Shown in pieces: positions 18,599 to 29,536 of a DNA stretch of 32,000 nt; the first letter of the stretch is position 1; every line of letters begins with the position of its first letter. The notes under the pieces were generated by a model that was not told the DNA's origin, ran no database searches, and saw only the letters and a list, made by a program, of their open reading frames with translations. The DNA lies in the NCBI GenBank assembly GCA_035308365.1, contig DATGGU010000179.1, forward strand, positions 3,139-35,138. Direction: 5' to 3'. The position numbers were made by a program, and so were the translations under genes. The stretch comes from Streptosporangiaceae bacterium. GTDB taxonomy: Bacteria; Actinomycetota; Actinomycetes; Streptosporangiales; Streptosporangiaceae.

Positions 18599-19902
18599 GG
18601 GGCGCCCCGGGTGGCGACCGCGGCTACATGCGCTGGCAGGTCTTCGGCGCCGCCGAGGGCAGCCACCTGCGGCAGCGTGGCCGCCAGCGCGGCCTGGCTG
18701 CATTCCACGACGTTGACCAGCCGAAGGAAGGGCAGCACGGACAGGCCCGAGGTGTGCCGCGCCGACCCGCCGGTGGGCAGCACGTGATTCGATCCGGCCA
18801 GGTAGTCCCCGAGCGAGACCGGCGCGAACGGCCCGGCGAAGACGGCCCCGGCGCTGCGCACCCGCCGGGCCAGCTCACCGGCGTTCCTGGCCTGAATCTC
18901 CAGGTGCTCGGGCGCCCAGGCGTCCGCCACGGCCAGGGCGGCGTCCATATCGCCGGTGATCACCTGGGCGGACTGCCCGGCCAGCGCGGCCTCGACCCGC
19001 TCACGATGGCCGGCCGCCCGGACGCTGTGAGCCAGCTCGGCCGCTACCCGGCCGGCCAGGCCGGCGTCGGGGGTGATGAGCAGGCATGCGGCAAGCGGGT
19101 CGTGCTCGGCCTGCGCGATCAGGTCGGCAGCCAGGTACCTGGGGCTGGCCGTGTCATCGGCCACGATCGCTATCTCGGTCGGCCCGTTCTCGCCGTCGGT
19201 GCCGACCACGCCGCGCAGTACCCGCTTGGCCGCGGCCACGTAGACGTTCCCCGGGCCGGTGACCACGTCCACGGGGTCGCACTCGGGTGTGCCGTAGGCG
19301 AGCATGGCGAGCGCCTGTGCGCCGCCAACGGCGTGCACCTCGCTCACCCCCAGCAGCGCGCAGGCGGCCAGCACCGCCGGATGCGGCAGGCCGCCGTGGG
19401 CCGCCTGCGGCGGCGATGCCACGGCGATCTCACCAACCCCGGCGACCTGGGCCGGGACGACGTTCATGACCACCGACGAGGGGTAGGCGGTCAGACCGCC
19501 CGGCACGTAAACCCCGGCCCGGCCCACCGGCACGAACCGGCCGGTGACCGTCAGCCCGTCGGCGACCGGCGTGACGATGTCCCCGCGCAACTGGGCCCGG
19601 TGCACCAGGGTGGCGCGCCGGGCCGCCTCGGTGAGGGCCGCCCGCACCTGCTCGTCCAGCTTGCCGAGCGCGTCGTCGAGCGCACCGGCCGGGACTGCGG
19701 TCGAGGCCAGGTCCACCCCGTCGAACCGGCGGGTGTACTCACGCACCGCCGCGGCGCCGCGGCGCCGCACGTCCTCGCAGACCGGCTGGACCTGCAGCGC
19801 CGCGGTGGCCACGTCCAGGACGGCCCTGGGCAGCACGCCGTGCAGGGCAGCCCTGGTCAGCTCCGGTGCGGCCCTGCCCCGCAGGTCAATCGTGGCAAGC
19901 AT
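18595..19902 (-). CDS. hisD: Histidinol dehydrogenase
   Basis: [10 protein letters not shown]...[43 protein letters not shown]...[13 protein letters not shown]...[30 protein letters not shown].... Confidence 0.97.
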   Translation of the reverse strand: MLATIDLRGRAAPELTRAALHGVLPRAVLDVATAALQVQPVCEDVRRRGAAAVREYTRRFDGVDLASTAVPAGALDDALGKLDEQVRAALTEAARRATLVHRAQLRGDIVTPVADGLTVTGRFVPVGRAGVYVPGGLTAYPSSVVMNVVPAQVAGVGEIAVASPPQAAHGGLPHPAVLAACALLGVSEVHAVGGAQALAMLAYGTPECDPVDVVTGPGNVYVAAAKRVLRGVVGTDGENGPTEIAIVADDTASPRYLAADLIAQAEHDPLAACLLITPDAGLAGRVAAELAHSVRAAGHRERVEAALAGQSAQVITGDMDAALAVADAWAPEHLEIQARNAGELARRVRSAGAVFAGPFAPVSLGDYLAGSNHVLPTGGSARHTSGLSVLPFLRLVNVVECSQAALAATLPQVAALGGAEDLPAHVAAVATRGAP

Positions 19903-20055
19903 TGGCTCAGCCTATCGGGCCACCGCGCAGCGTGGCGGCTGTGCATCACGGCGGGACACCCTGATGCGAGCGTACGGCCTGCGTGGCACTCTTATCGGAC
20001 CAGCGTCCGGCATACCGGGGCCAGTGTCCGGACCACAGACGAAAGTGAACCACCG

Positions 20056-21774
20056 GTGACCCACCAGCACGACACCAGCAGCCAGGCCGACCTCGCCTTC
20101 ACCGAACTGGCCACCGCTTACCTCGACGACACCGGCGAGCGGCTTCCCGAGTTCGCCACCGCCCTCGGCGATCACCGCTTCGACGCGCATCTGCCGGTGT
20201 TCACCCAGGCCGCGCTCGACGCCGAGCGGCAGGCCCTGGAGGGTTTCACGGCCAGGCTGGCGGCCATCGACCACGCCACGCTGAGCCCGGAGAACCAGGT
20301 GGACGCCGCCATGCTCGGCACCGCGCTGAAACGGCGGATGTACGAGCGGGAGGCGATGCGGGAACACACCTGGAACCCGCTGGTCGCCAACCCGGGCCGG
20401 GCCATCCGGCTGCTGCTGGCCAGGGACTTCGCCCCACTGCCCGAGAGGCTGGCATCGGTGGCCGGGCGGCTCGCCGAGGTGCCCGGGGCGCTGGCCGGTG
20501 CCCGCAACCTGCTCGGGCCCATGCCGCGGGTGCACCTGGAGACCGCCATCGGCCAGTTCACCGGCACGATTTCACTGGTGACCAAAGAGATCGACCAGGC
20601 GCTCGAGGACGCACAGCACCGTTCCGGCGCGACGCCAGCCCTACGGCAGTGTGCGGCCCAGATCGGCGCCGTGCGGCCGGCCGCTCTGGAAGCACTGGAC
20701 GAGCATCGCGCCTGGCTGTCCGCCAAGCTGGACGAGGGCAATGCGAACGGCGGGTTCGCCGACCCGCGGACCGGCCCCGAACGATTCGCCCGCAAGCTGT
20801 CGCTCACCCTGGACGCCGAGGCGGACGACGGCGCGATCCTGGCCAGGGCGCTCGCCGACCTGGACCGGGTGAGCGAGGAAATGGCCGGGCTGGCGGCCGG
20901 GCTGGCAGGGCCGGCCAGCGGCACCGACCGCGCTGCGGTGGTGCGGCAGGTGCTCGGCTCGCTGGCCGCCGACGCGCCGGACGACAAGACCATCCTGGAG
21001 CTGTGCCGCGGCGCGCTGGCCCAGCAGGCCGCCTTCGTCACCGCGCACAAGCTGGTGACCGTCCACGACGACCCGGTCGACCTGATCGAGATGCCGGAGA
21101 TCGACCGCGGCGTCGCGGTCGCCTACTGCGACTCACCGGGCCCGCTGGAGCCCCGGGGCATGCCGACGTTCGTCGCGGTCTCCCCCACCCCGGCGGCCTG
21201 GCCGGCCGAACGGGTGGCCTCGTTCTACCGCGAGTACAACCGGCACATGGTGCACAACCTGATGATCCACGAGGCGATGCCCGGCCACTTCGTGCAGCTG
21301 GGGCACTCCCGGCGGTTCACCGGCACGCCCACCCCGCTGCGCTCGGCGCTGCGGTCGGGGTCGTTCGTCGAAGGCTGGGCGGTCTACGCCGAAGAGCTCA
21401 TGGCCATCCACGAGTACCCGGGCCTGGGCGACCCTCGCAAGGTGCGGATGCAGCAGCTGAAGATGCAGCTCCGCATGATCATGAACGCGATCCTCGACGC
21501 CGGGGTGCACACCCAGGGGATGACCGAGGCCGAGGCGATGAGCCTGATGACCGGCCGCGGGTTCCAGGAAGAAGGCGAGGCGGCCGGCAAGTGGCGCCGC
21601 GCGCAGCTCACCTCCACCCAGCTGTCCACCTACTACGTCGGGTATACCGAGGTCGCCGACCTCGCCGCCGAGCTGAAGGCGGCCAGCCCCGGGCAGCCCG
21701 AACGGGAGCTGCACGACCGCATGCTCGCCCACGGCACACCTCCGGTCCGGCGCCTGCGCACCCTGGTCAGCTAG
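20056..21774 (+). CDS. DUF885 domain-containing protein
   Basis: From the GTG at 20056: MTHQHDTSSQADLAFTELATAYLDDTGERLPEFATALGDHRFDAHLP...NLMIHEAMPGHFVQLGHSRRF...FVEGWAVYAEELM...QQLKMQLRMIMNAILDAGVHTQGMTEAEAMSLM.... HEAMPGH and EGWAxYxE motifs suggest a zinc-peptidase-like fold. Confidence 0.88.
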   Translation: MTHQHDTSSQADLAFTELATAYLDDTGERLPEFATALGDHRFDAHLPVFTQAALDAERQALEGFTARLAAIDHATLSPENQVDAAMLGTALKRRMYEREAMREHTWNPLVANPGRAIRLLLARDFAPLPERLASVAGRLAEVPGALAGARNLLGPMPRVHLETAIGQFTGTISLVTKEIDQALEDAQHRSGATPALRQCAAQIGAVRPAALEALDEHRAWLSAKLDEGNANGGFADPRTGPERFARKLSLTLDAEADDGAILARALADLDRVSEEMAGLAAGLAGPASGTDRAAVVRQVLGSLAADAPDDKTILELCRGALAQQAAFVTAHKLVTVHDDPVDLIEMPEIDRGVAVAYCDSPGPLEPRGMPTFVAVSPTPAAWPAERVASFYREYNRHMVHNLMIHEAMPGHFVQLGHSRRFTGTPTPLRSALRSGSFVEGWAVYAEELMAIHEYPGLGDPRKVRMQQLKMQLRMIMNAILDAGVHTQGMTEAEAMSLMTGRGFQEEGEAAGKWRRAQLTSTQLSTYYVGYTEVADLAAELKAASPGQPERELHDRMLAHGTPPVRRLRTLVS

Positions 21775-22402
21775 CGCCGCTCTCGCCCTCGAGGGCCAGC
21801 TCCGCGCGCTTGCGCTCGGCCGGCTGGCTGGCCAGCTCGATGGCGCCCACGGTGAACGCGGCGAACAGCGGCCAGAAGGCGAGCGCGCCACGCCCGGCCA
21901 GGGCGAGCGGCTCGTGCAACTGGGCCCCGACCGGGCTGGAGGCGAGCTGGGACCGGAACCCGGCGAGTCCCTGCTGCTGCCCGGTCCACATGGCCAGCAC
22001 GGCCGCGGCCACACCACCGAGGACGAGGCCGGTCACCGCTACCGCGCCGTGCCTGCGGACCACGATGAAGTAACCGGCCACCCCGCACAGCAGCCCGGCC
22101 GCCGCGGTCAGCAGGCAGAACCACCCTTCGGCGGCGATGAACGCGCTGGTCTCCGGGTTCGCGACGTAGGCGACGCCACGGCTCTGCACGACGAGCAGCG
22201 CCCTGGGCGCGACCGCCGACCAGAGGAACCCGGCGAGCAGGCCTGCCGCGGCGCTCGCCGCCGCGGTGGCGAGCAGGACGGCAACCGCGCCGCCGAACCT
22301 GGCCGCCGCGCCCATTCGCCGGGCGGCCTGGGCCGGACCGGGAGCAGTGGCGGGCACAGGCCCGCTGCGCGGTGCGTCGGGATACTGGCCGGGTTGCGTC
22401 AT
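21767..22402 (-). CDS. DUF2567-like integral membrane protein
   Basis: From the ATG at 22402: MTQPGQYPDAPRS...AAGLLAGFLWSAVAPRALLVVQSRGVAYVANPETSAFIAAEGWFCLLTAAAGLLCGVAGYFIVVRRHG..., a repeated-helix protein with the APxAxxxV...SxxFIAAxGWF pattern. Confidence 0.7.
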   Translation of the reverse strand: MTQPGQYPDAPRSGPVPATAPGPAQAARRMGAAARFGGAVAVLLATAAASAAAGLLAGFLWSAVAPRALLVVQSRGVAYVANPETSAFIAAEGWFCLLTAAAGLLCGVAGYFIVVRRHGAVAVTGLVLGGVAAAVLAMWTGQQQGLAGFRSQLASSPVGAQLHEPLALAGRGALAFWPLFAAFTVGAIELASQPAERKRAELALEGESGAS

Positions 22403-22530
22403 TCTGGGCAGCAGGGTACGCGACACCGGCGATCTGAATGCAAGAATCTGCCGCCCGCACCCTGCGGCTGTACCGGAGGCCGGACCGCAATGCGCTCCAC
22501 GGCGGGCGCGACTTGTGCTAGATAAGAGAT

Positions 22531-22570
22531 TGGTTAACCACACATGTGCGCCCGGCGAGAATGGTTAACC
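22531..22570. promoter_or_regulatory. Clustered palindromes upstream of the ABC transporter operon (candidate operators)
   Basis: TGGTTAACCA (22531-22540, perfect 10-bp palindrome), CACATGTG (22541-22548, perfect 8-bp palindrome), and a second TGGTTAACC at 22562-22570. The two TGGTTAACC starts are 31 bp apart. Confidence 0.45.
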
Positions 22571-22587
22571 GGTCAACTGGGGGTCCC

Positions 22588-23592
22588 ATGATCGAGGCTC
22601 GTGTTCTGACCAAACGGTACGGCCCGAAGGTGGCGGTAAACCAGCTCTCGTTCACCGTCGAGCCTGGCAAGGTCACCGGATTTCTCGGCCCGAACGGGGC
22701 GGGCAAGTCCACCACGATGCGGCTCATACTGGGCCTGGACCGCCCTGACGGCGGCACCGCCACCATCGACGGCAAGCACTACCGCGAGCTCGCCAGCCCG
22801 CTGCGTACGGTGGGAGCCCTGCTGGAGGCCCGTTCGGTGCACACCGGCCGGACGGCCTTCGACCACCTGCTCTTCCTGGCCCAGACCCAGGGGCTGCCAC
22901 GGCAGCGGGTGCGGCAGGTGATCGACCTGGTCGGGCTCGGCGCGGTGGCGAACAAGCGGACCGGCGGATTCTCGCTGGGCATGAGCCAGCGCCTGGGCAT
23001 CGCCGCGGCGCTGCTCGGCGACCCGCAGGTGTTCCTGCTGGACGAGCCGGTGAACGGCCTCGACCCCGAGGGCATCCTGTGGATCCGCAACCTGATGAAG
23101 CGGCTGGCCGCCGAGGGGCGCACCGTGTTCGTCTCCAGCCACCTGATGAACGAGATGGCCGTCACCGCTGATCACCTGATCGTGATCGGCCGGGGCGAGC
23201 TTATCGCGGACTGCAGCACGCAGGAGTTCATCGGCAGCCGTACCCGGCAGTCGGTGCTCGTCCGCACGCCCGACCCGGACCGGCTGGCCAGCGCGATCAC
23301 CGCCGAGGGCGGGCACGTCTCGGTGGCGCCTTCGGACGGGAACGCCATAGCGGCCGCCGCGGGCGGGCAGCCGGCCGCCGCCCTCACCGTCACCGGCATC
23401 CCCGCGCCGCGGATCGGCGAACTCGCGGCCGCCACCTCGGTCGTGCTGCACGAGCTCACCCCGCAGACGGGGTCCCTGGAGGAAGCGTTCATGGAAATGA
23501 CCGCCGACAGCGTCGAGTACGGCCAGCACCAGGCCCCCGCCCCGTCACCACCCAGTACGGCCGCCGTGCCGGGCGAACGGAGTGGCTCATGA
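22588..23592 (+). CDS. ABC transporter ATP-binding protein
   Basis: MIEARVLTKRYGPKVAVNQLSFTVEPGKVTGFLGPNGAGKSTTMRLILGLDRPDGG...FSLGMSQRLGIAAALLGDPQVFLLDEPVNGLDPEGI...; Walker A, signature and Walker B present. Confidence 0.96.
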   Translation: MIEARVLTKRYGPKVAVNQLSFTVEPGKVTGFLGPNGAGKSTTMRLILGLDRPDGGTATIDGKHYRELASPLRTVGALLEARSVHTGRTAFDHLLFLAQTQGLPRQRVRQVIDLVGLGAVANKRTGGFSLGMSQRLGIAAALLGDPQVFLLDEPVNGLDPEGILWIRNLMKRLAAEGRTVFVSSHLMNEMAVTADHLIVIGRGELIADCSTQEFIGSRTRQSVLVRTPDPDRLASAITAEGGHVSVAPSDGNAIAAAAGGQPAAALTVTGIPAPRIGELAAATSVVLHELTPQTGSLEEAFMEMTADSVEYGQHQAPAPSPPSTAAVPGERSGS

Positions 23593-24425
23593 CCGCCGCG
23601 ACGCCCCCGGTGCAGATGACCCCGCTGCCGCCGCCCGGGCACCAGGGGTTCGGCCGCCTGCTGCAAAGCGAATGGACGAAGCTCCGCTCGGTTCGCTCCA
23701 CCATCTGGTCGCTGGTCCTGCTGGTGATCCTCACCCTCGGGCTGACCGGCCTGATCGCCGGCATCACCGAGGCGCAGTGGCACAAGATCGGCGCTGCGTC
23801 ACGGGCCACCGTCATCGGCGACCCGGTCGCCACGATCCTCGGCGCCTCGGTGGAGTTCGGCCAGCTCACCATCGTCGTGCTCGGCATCCTGGTGATCTCG
23901 TCCGAGTACTCGACCGGCGCGATCCGGGCCTCCTTGCTGGCCGTCCCCCGCCGCCTGCACATGCTGACCGCCAAGGCGATCACGTTCACCGCGCTGATCT
24001 TCGTGCTGGCCGAGGTCGTCTGCTTCGCCGCGTTCTTCCTCGGCTCGGCGATCCTGCACAGCCACGTCCCGGTCTCGCTGAGCGGCCCGCACGTGGCCCG
24101 TGCCGTCGTCGGCGCCGGCCTCTACCTGACCGTCCTGGGGTTGTTCTCGATGGCCATCGGCGGCCTGATCCGGCACACCGCGGGCGCGATCGCCGGCGTC
24201 ATCGCCTTCGTCATCGTCCTGGAGCCGCTGTCCACCCTGATCCCGGGCACCTGGGGCCACCACATCCACGACTACCTGCCCACCTCGGCGGGCCGCCTGG
24301 TCTACCAGATCCGCCCGGTCTCCGGCCAGGTCCTGCCAGCCTGGGGCGGCTTCGCCGTCTTCTGCGGCTGGACCGCCGCCCTGCTCATCGCCTGGGCAGT
24401 GACCCTCAAGCTGCGGGACGCATAG
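23589..24425 (+). CDS. ABC transporter permease (ABC-2 type)
   Basis: MTAATPPVQMTPLPPPGHQGFGRLLQSEWTKLRSVRSTIWSLVLLVILTLGLTGL...; multiple TM segments, 4-nt overlap with the ATPase gene. Confidence 0.9.
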   Translation: MTAATPPVQMTPLPPPGHQGFGRLLQSEWTKLRSVRSTIWSLVLLVILTLGLTGLIAGITEAQWHKIGAASRATVIGDPVATILGASVEFGQLTIVVLGILVISSEYSTGAIRASLLAVPRRLHMLTAKAITFTALIFVLAEVVCFAAFFLGSAILHSHVPVSLSGPHVARAVVGAGLYLTVLGLFSMAIGGLIRHTAGAIAGVIAFVIVLEPLSTLIPGTWGHHIHDYLPTSAGRLVYQIRPVSGQVLPAWGGFAVFCGWTAALLIAWAVTLKLRDA

Positions 24426-24476
24426 GGGTTCCGGGGGCCGGCCCGCGTAAATGGCAAAATCCCCAGCCCCGTTCGT

Positions 24477-24507
24477 GGGGGGTCCGGGGGCTCGGCCCCG
24501 GGTAAAT
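24477..24507. terminator. Candidate bidirectional terminator between convergent ABC permease and dnaE genes
   Basis: GGGGGGTCCGGGGGCTCGGCCCCGGGTAAAT forms a CCGGGG (24484-24489) / CCCCGG (24496-24501) stem. An imperfect second copy, GGGGTTCCGGGGGCCGGCCCGCGTAAAT, lies at 24425-24452. No U-tract, so the intrinsic terminator call is tentative. Confidence 0.4.
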
Positions 24508-24568
24508 ACTGCGGGCCCACGGCGAAGCTGGCCGAGGCCAGCGAGCAGGGCTGGCCGCCTTGGGATGC

Positions 24569-27500
24569 CTAGCTGGCCATCCCGGCACAACCCGGGCCCA
24601 GCAACTGCTTGAGATCCCCGAGCAGGGCCGGTGACGGCGAGACGCGCAGTTTGTCGTCCAGCCGGACAACGGTGGTCTTCTGCTTCCCGGCGAGCCGCAG
24701 GTGCACCTCGGTGGCTCCCGGGTGCGTCCGGAGCACCTCGCGCAGTTGCTCCACCACCGGCGCCACGCACCGGGCCACCGGCATCTCAACCACGAAAGGG
24801 CCGCCCTCACCCGGCGTGGTATCCGGCACCTTCACGTCCATGGCGATCAGCTTCGGCACCTCGTCGCGCCGGTCCAGCCTGCCCTTGACCACGAGGATGG
24901 CGTCCTCGGCGAGGTAAGCAGCGCAGGTCTGGTAGGTGGCCGGGAAGAACAGCACCTCGATGGCGCCTTCGAGATCCTCCAGGGTGGCCTGCGCCCAGGT
25001 GTTGCCCTGCTTGGTGACCTTGCGGGTCAGGCCGGACAGGATGCCGCCGACGGCGACCACCTGGCCGTCGTCCCGGCCGCCGCGCCTGCGGTCGGGCTCG
25101 CCGTACTCGGCGCCCGGCTCGGTGGAGCCGAGCAGTTGCGCGATGGAGCAGTCGGTCCCGGTGGCCAGCACGTGCTCCAGCCCGAGCAGCGGGTGATCGG
25201 AGACGTACAGGCCGAGCATCTCCCGCTCGAAGCCGAGCAGGACGGACTTCTCCCACTCACCCTCAGGGACCGGGATGTCGAACATCGTCTCGGCCTCGGC
25301 GTCGTCACCGAACAACGTATCCTGACCGGCAGCTTCTTGGCGCTTGACATCGATCACCTGGTCGACGGACTGCTCGTGGATCAGCACCAGGCCCTTGCGC
25401 GGATGGCCGAGCGAGTCGAACGCGCCGGCCTTGACCAGCGACTCGATGACCCGCTTGTTGCACACCGTGACCGGGACCTTGCGCAGGAAGTCGGCGAAGC
25501 TGGTGAACGCGCCCTTGGACCGCCTGGTCGCCACGATCGCGTCCACCACGTTGATGCCGACGTTGCGGATCGCGGCCAGGCCGAACCTGATGTCGGCGCC
25601 GACCGGGGTGAAGTTGGCCGCCGATGCGTTTACGTCCGGGGGCAGTACCTTGATCCCCATCCGGCGGCATTCGCTCAGGTAGAGGGCACTCTTGTCCTTG
25701 TCGCCGGAGATCGAGGTGAGCAGGGCGGCCATGTACTCGGCCGGGTAGTTGGCCTTGAGGTAGGCGGTCCAGTAGGACACCACGCCGTAGGCGGCGCTGT
25801 GCGCCTTGTTGAACGCGTAGTCGGAGAACGGGACCAGGATGTCCCAGAGCGTCTTGATCGCCGAATCGGAATAGCCGTTGGCCTTCATGCCCGCGGCGAA
25901 CGGCTCGAACTCCTTGTCGAGGATCTCCTTCTTCTTCTTGCCCATGGCCCGGCGGAGCAGGTCGGCGCTGCCCAGGGAGTAGCCGGCCACCACCTGGGCG
26001 ATCGACATGACCTGCTCCTGGTAGACGATCAGCCCGTAGGTGCTGCCAAGGACCTCGGCCAGCGACTCGGCCAGCTCCGGGTGGATGGGGACCACCGGTT
26101 TGCGGCCGTTCTTGCGGTCGGCGTATTCGTTGTGCGCGTTCGCACCCATCGGGCCCGGCCGGTACAGCGCGCCCACCGCGGAGATGTCCTCGAAGTTGTC
26201 TGGCCGCATGCTGCGCAGCAGGGCCCGCATCGGGCCGCCGTCGAACTGGAAGATCCCCAGCGTGTCGCCGCGGGCAAGCAGTTCGTAGGTGGGCTTGTCA
26301 TCCAGCGGCAGATGCTCCAGGACGATCTCCTGGCCGCGGTTGTCCTTGATGCCGGCCACCGCGTCGTCCAGCACGGTGAGGTTGCGCAGGCCCAGGAAGT
26401 CCATCTTGAGCAGGCCCAGGCTCTCACACGCCGGGTAGTCGAACTGGGTGATGATCGCGCCGTCGGCCTCGCGCTTCCACACCGGTATGCGGTCGATGAT
26501 CGGCTCGCTGCTCATGATCACGCCGGCCGCGTGTACACCGGCCTGGCGGATCAGCCCCTCCAGGCCCTTGGCCGTGTCGATGACCTGGCGGACCTCGGAC
26601 TCGGCCTCGTACAGGGCGCGGATCTCACCGGCCTCCCCGTAGCGGGGGTGGGCCGGGTCGAAGACACCGGTGAGCGGGATGTCCTTCCCCATTACGGCGG
26701 GGGGGAAAGCCTTGGTGATCCGGTCGCCGAGCGCATAAGGGTAGCCGAGCACCCGGGTGGCATCCTTGACCGCGGCCTTGGCCTTGATCGTGCCGTAGGT
26801 GATGATCTGGGCCACCCGGTCATCGCCGTACTTCTCGGTGACGTAGCGGATCACGTCACCGCGCCGGCGCTCGTCGAAGTCGATGTCGATGTCGGGCATC
26901 GAGACGCGTTCGGGATTGAGGAACCGTTCGAACACCAGCCCGTGGTTGAGCGGGTCGAGGTCGGTGATGCCCAGCGCGTAGGCGACGATGCTGCCCGCCG
27001 CGGAGCCGCGGCCGGGACCGACCCGGATCCCGTTGCGCTTGGCCCACATGATGAAGTCGGCCACGACCAGGAAGTACGAGCAGAATCCCATCGTGGTGAT
27101 GATGCCCATCTCGTACTCGGCCTGCTGGCGGCGCTGCTCGTCGTAGCCACCGGGGTAGCGGCGCTCCATCCCCCGCCACACCTCGGCGCGGAAGCAGCTC
27201 TCCTCGGTCTCGCCCTCGGGCACCGGGTACTTCGGCATCAGGTTCTGCTTGGTGAACGCCACCTCGCAGCGTTCGGCGATGAGCAGCGTCGAATCGCAGC
27301 CCGCCTGCCATTCCCCGGCCGTGCTCACCGCACGCATCTCGGCGGGAGACTTCACGTAGTAGCCGGTGCCGTCGAACTTGAACCGGCCGGGGTCGGCCAG
27401 GTTGGACCCGGTCTGCACGCACAGCAGCACCTCGTGCGCCTGCGCGTCGGACGGCCTGGTGTAGTGCGAATCGTTGGTGACGACCCAGGGCAGCGAGAGC

Positions 27501-28150
27501 TCGGCAGCGATCTGGCGCAGGCCGTCGCGGACCCGCAACTCGATGTCGAGCCCGTGGTCCATGATCTCGACGAAGAAGTTATCCGGGCCGAAGATGTCGC
27601 GGTAGGCCGCGGCCGCCTCGACGGCCTGGCGGTACTGACCGAGCCGCAGCCTGGTCTGCACCTCACCCGACGGGCAGCCGGTGGTCGCGATGATCCCCTT
27701 GGCGTACTGGGCGAGCAGCTCACGGTCCATCCGCGGCTTGCGGAAGTACCCCTCGATGGAGGCCAGGGAGGACAGCCGGAACAGGTTGTGCATACCCTCG
27801 GTGGTCTCGGCGAGCAGCGTCATGTGGGTGTAGGCACCGGCACCGGAGATGTCGTCGCCGGACTGGCCTGGGCTGCCCCAGCGGACCGGCTGGCGGTGCT
27901 TGCGGTGCTCGGGCGCCAGGTACGCCTCGATCCCGATGATCGGCTTGACCCCGGCGGCGGTGGCCTTGTTCCAGAAGTCGTAGCCGCCGTAGAGGTTGCC
28001 GTGGTCGGTCATCGCGATGGCCGGCATGCCGGCCTGCTGGCACTGGGAGAACAGGTCCTGCAGCCGGGCCGCGCCGTCCAGCATCGAGTACTCGGTGTGC
28101 ACGTGCAGGTGGACGAACGAATCCTTGGGGTCCACCCCGGCTGCCGTCAT
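24569..28150 (-). CDS. dnaE: DNA polymerase III subunit alpha
   Basis: From the ATG at 28150: [34 protein letters not shown]...[11 protein letters not shown]... (PHP), ...[26 protein letters not shown]..., ...[23 protein letters not shown]..., C-terminal OB domain. Confidence 0.97.
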   Translation of the reverse strand: MTAAGVDPKDSFVHLHVHTEYSMLDGAARLQDLFSQCQQAGMPAIAMTDHGNLYGGYDFWNKATAAGVKPIIGIEAYLAPEHRKHRQPVRWGSPGQSGDDISGAGAYTHMTLLAETTEGMHNLFRLSSLASIEGYFRKPRMDRELLAQYAKGIIATTGCPSGEVQTRLRLGQYRQAVEAAAAYRDIFGPDNFFVEIMDHGLDIELRVRDGLRQIAAELSLPWVVTNDSHYTRPSDAQAHEVLLCVQTGSNLADPGRFKFDGTGYYVKSPAEMRAVSTAGEWQAGCDSTLLIAERCEVAFTKQNLMPKYPVPEGETEESCFRAEVWRGMERRYPGGYDEQRRQQAEYEMGIITTMGFCSYFLVVADFIMWAKRNGIRVGPGRGSAAGSIVAYALGITDLDPLNHGLVFERFLNPERVSMPDIDIDFDERRRGDVIRYVTEKYGDDRVAQIITYGTIKAKAAVKDATRVLGYPYALGDRITKAFPPAVMGKDIPLTGVFDPAHPRYGEAGEIRALYEAESEVRQVIDTAKGLEGLIRQAGVHAAGVIMSSEPIIDRIPVWKREADGAIITQFDYPACESLGLLKMDFLGLRNLTVLDDAVAGIKDNRGQEIVLEHLPLDDKPTYELLARGDTLGIFQFDGGPMRALLRSMRPDNFEDISAVGALYRPGPMGANAHNEYADRKNGRKPVVPIHPELAESLAEVLGSTYGLIVYQEQVMSIAQVVAGYSLGSADLLRRAMGKKKKEILDKEFEPFAAGMKANGYSDSAIKTLWDILVPFSDYAFNKAHSAAYGVVSYWTAYLKANYPAEYMAALLTSISGDKDKSALYLSECRRMGIKVLPPDVNASAANFTPVGADIRFGLAAIRNVGINVVDAIVATRRSKGAFTSFADFLRKVPVTVCNKRVIESLVKAGAFDSLGHPRKGLVLIHEQSVDQVIDVKRQEAAGQDTLFGDDAEAETMFDIPVPEGEWEKSVLLGFEREMLGLYVSDHPLLGLEHVLATGTDCSIAQLLGSTEPGAEYGEPDRRRGGRDDGQVVAVGGILSGLTRKVTKQGNTWAQATLEDLEGAIEVLFFPATYQTCAAYLAEDAILVVKGRLDRRDEVPKLIAMDVKVPDTTPGEGGPFVVEMPVARCVAPVVEQLREVLRTHPGATEVHLRLAGKQKTTVVRLDDKLRVSPSPALLGDLKQLLGPGCAGMAS

Positions 28151-28396
28151 GAGTGACACCGCCTCCTTCGGGCATGCGTAAGAACGCCCTCGCGGGCGCT
28201 CGTCAACCAACCGGGGGAAGTGGCCAGTAACACCATCGGGAGTAAACCCGCAGGTCAAACTTCCGTGAATGGTGGCACCGACCCGGCAAGAACAAGCCTA
28301 ACCCCGGGCAAGATCCTTAACATAGAGGCTCGCCGATCGCCCGTGGGCTGTCTCGGGCAAGCCCCGGCCGGCCGTAGCCGCGTCACTTCTGCCCGG

Positions 28397-29371
28397 TCAA
28401 TCCTGGCCGCGCAGGATGTCGAGGGAGCGGGCCAGATCGGCCGGGTAATCGCTGTGGAACCCGGCCGGCCGGCCGTCGGCCGGGTGGGCGAACGACAGGC
28501 TCACCGCATGCAGCCACTGCCTGGTGATCCCTAGCTGCCTGGCCAGGACCGGGTCGGCGCCATACAGCAGGTCACCCACGCACGGGTGCCTGATCGCCGC
28601 CATGTGGACGCGGATCTGGTGCGTCCGCCCGGTCTCCAGGCGCACCTCGGTCAGGCTGGCGCCGCGGAAGGCTTCGATGGTGTCGTAGTGGGTGACGCTC
28701 GGCCGGCCACCGGCGACGACGGCGAACCTGCCATCACCGGAGGGGTGCCGGCCGATCGGCGCGTCCACCGTGCCGCGCAGCGGGTCGGGGTGGCCCTGCA
28801 CCAGGGCGTGGTAGCGCTTGTCCACCGCGCGCTCCCGGAAGGCCCGTTTGAGCGCGCTGTAGGCGGTCTCGCTCTTGGCCACGACCATCAGGCCGGTGGT
28901 GTTCGCGTCCAGCCGGTGCACGATGCCCTGCCGTTCGGCGGCGCCACTGGTGGCGACCGAATGGCCGGCGGCCTGCAGGCCGCCGGTGACGGTCGGCCCG
29001 GTCCAGCCGGGCGTGGGGTGCGCGGCGACACCCACCGGCTTGTCCACGACCAGGATGTCGGAGTCTTCGTAGAGCACGTTGAGGCCGGGGACGCGCCCGT
29101 GCCCGGCAGCACTGCTTTCCTGGCCGGAAACACGCTCTGCGGCCGCACCGGACTGGCCGCCGCCGGCCGGTGGCAGCGTCACGTCCAGCCATGACCCGGC
29201 CTCGACCCGGTGTGACTTCTGCGCCTGCTGCCCGCCGACGAGCACCAGGCCGCCGGCGATCAGGTCGGCCGCCTTCGCCCGGGACAGCCCGAACATCCGG
29301 GCCAGCGCCGCGTCGAGCCGCTCACCGTCCAGGCCCTCGGGAACGGGCACATGGCGCTGGTCCAGCGTCAC
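28397..29371 (-). CDS. RluA/RluD-family 23S rRNA pseudouridine synthase
   Basis: [47 protein letters not shown]... (S4-like), ...[25 protein letters not shown]..., ...[20 protein letters not shown]..., ...[29 protein letters not shown].... Confidence 0.94.
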   Translation of the reverse strand: MTLDQRHVPVPEGLDGERLDAALARMFGLSRAKAADLIAGGLVLVGGQQAQKSHRVEAGSWLDVTLPPAGGGQSGAAAERVSGQESSAAGHGRVPGLNVLYEDSDILVVDKPVGVAAHPTPGWTGPTVTGGLQAAGHSVATSGAAERQGIVHRLDANTTGLMVVAKSETAYSALKRAFRERAVDKRYHALVQGHPDPLRGTVDAPIGRHPSGDGRFAVVAGGRPSVTHYDTIEAFRGASLTEVRLETGRTHQIRVHMAAIRHPCVGDLLYGADPVLARQLGITRQWLHAVSLSFAHPADGRPAGFHSDYPADLARSLDILRGQD

Positions 29372-29536
29372 GGCAAAGGTCCTTTCAGAACACGGATCTT
29401 CCCAGGCTGCCGCAAGTCAGTTGCCGCGCTGCCATCCGCACCGGCACCCGGGCAGGCCAAATCGGCTGCCCTCGCTGGCCGGTCTTGACGAATCCTCCTG
29501 AGCTTCATGATCGTTTTGATGATTTTGAAAGGATCT

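Noticed and set aside
19903-20055. Possible his leader peptide upstream of hisD (ATGCACAGCCGCCAC...)
   Set aside because: Only two His codons near the start and no stop codon before hisD, with only a weak GCCAC/GTGGC hairpin. Insufficient to support attenuation.
18535-21774. 1079-aa plus-strand ORF spanning the hisC/hisD antisense strand and DUF885
   Set aside because: Only the part from the GTG at 20056 matches a real family. The upstream half is the GC-rich complement of hisD with low-complexity Arg/Gly/Ala content.
24701-28156. 1151-aa plus-strand ORF opposite dnaE
   Set aside because: Shadow ORF caused by high GC at third codon positions. The sequence (rich in H, G, R, V, A, D) matches no family and dnaE on the other strand is clearly coding.
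28271-28280. GGTGGCACCG, resembling a T-box core, upstream of dnaE
   Set aside because: It is on the plus strand with no plus-strand gene downstream. I see no specifier/Stem I elements and no clean flanking helix, so I treat it as chance similarity.
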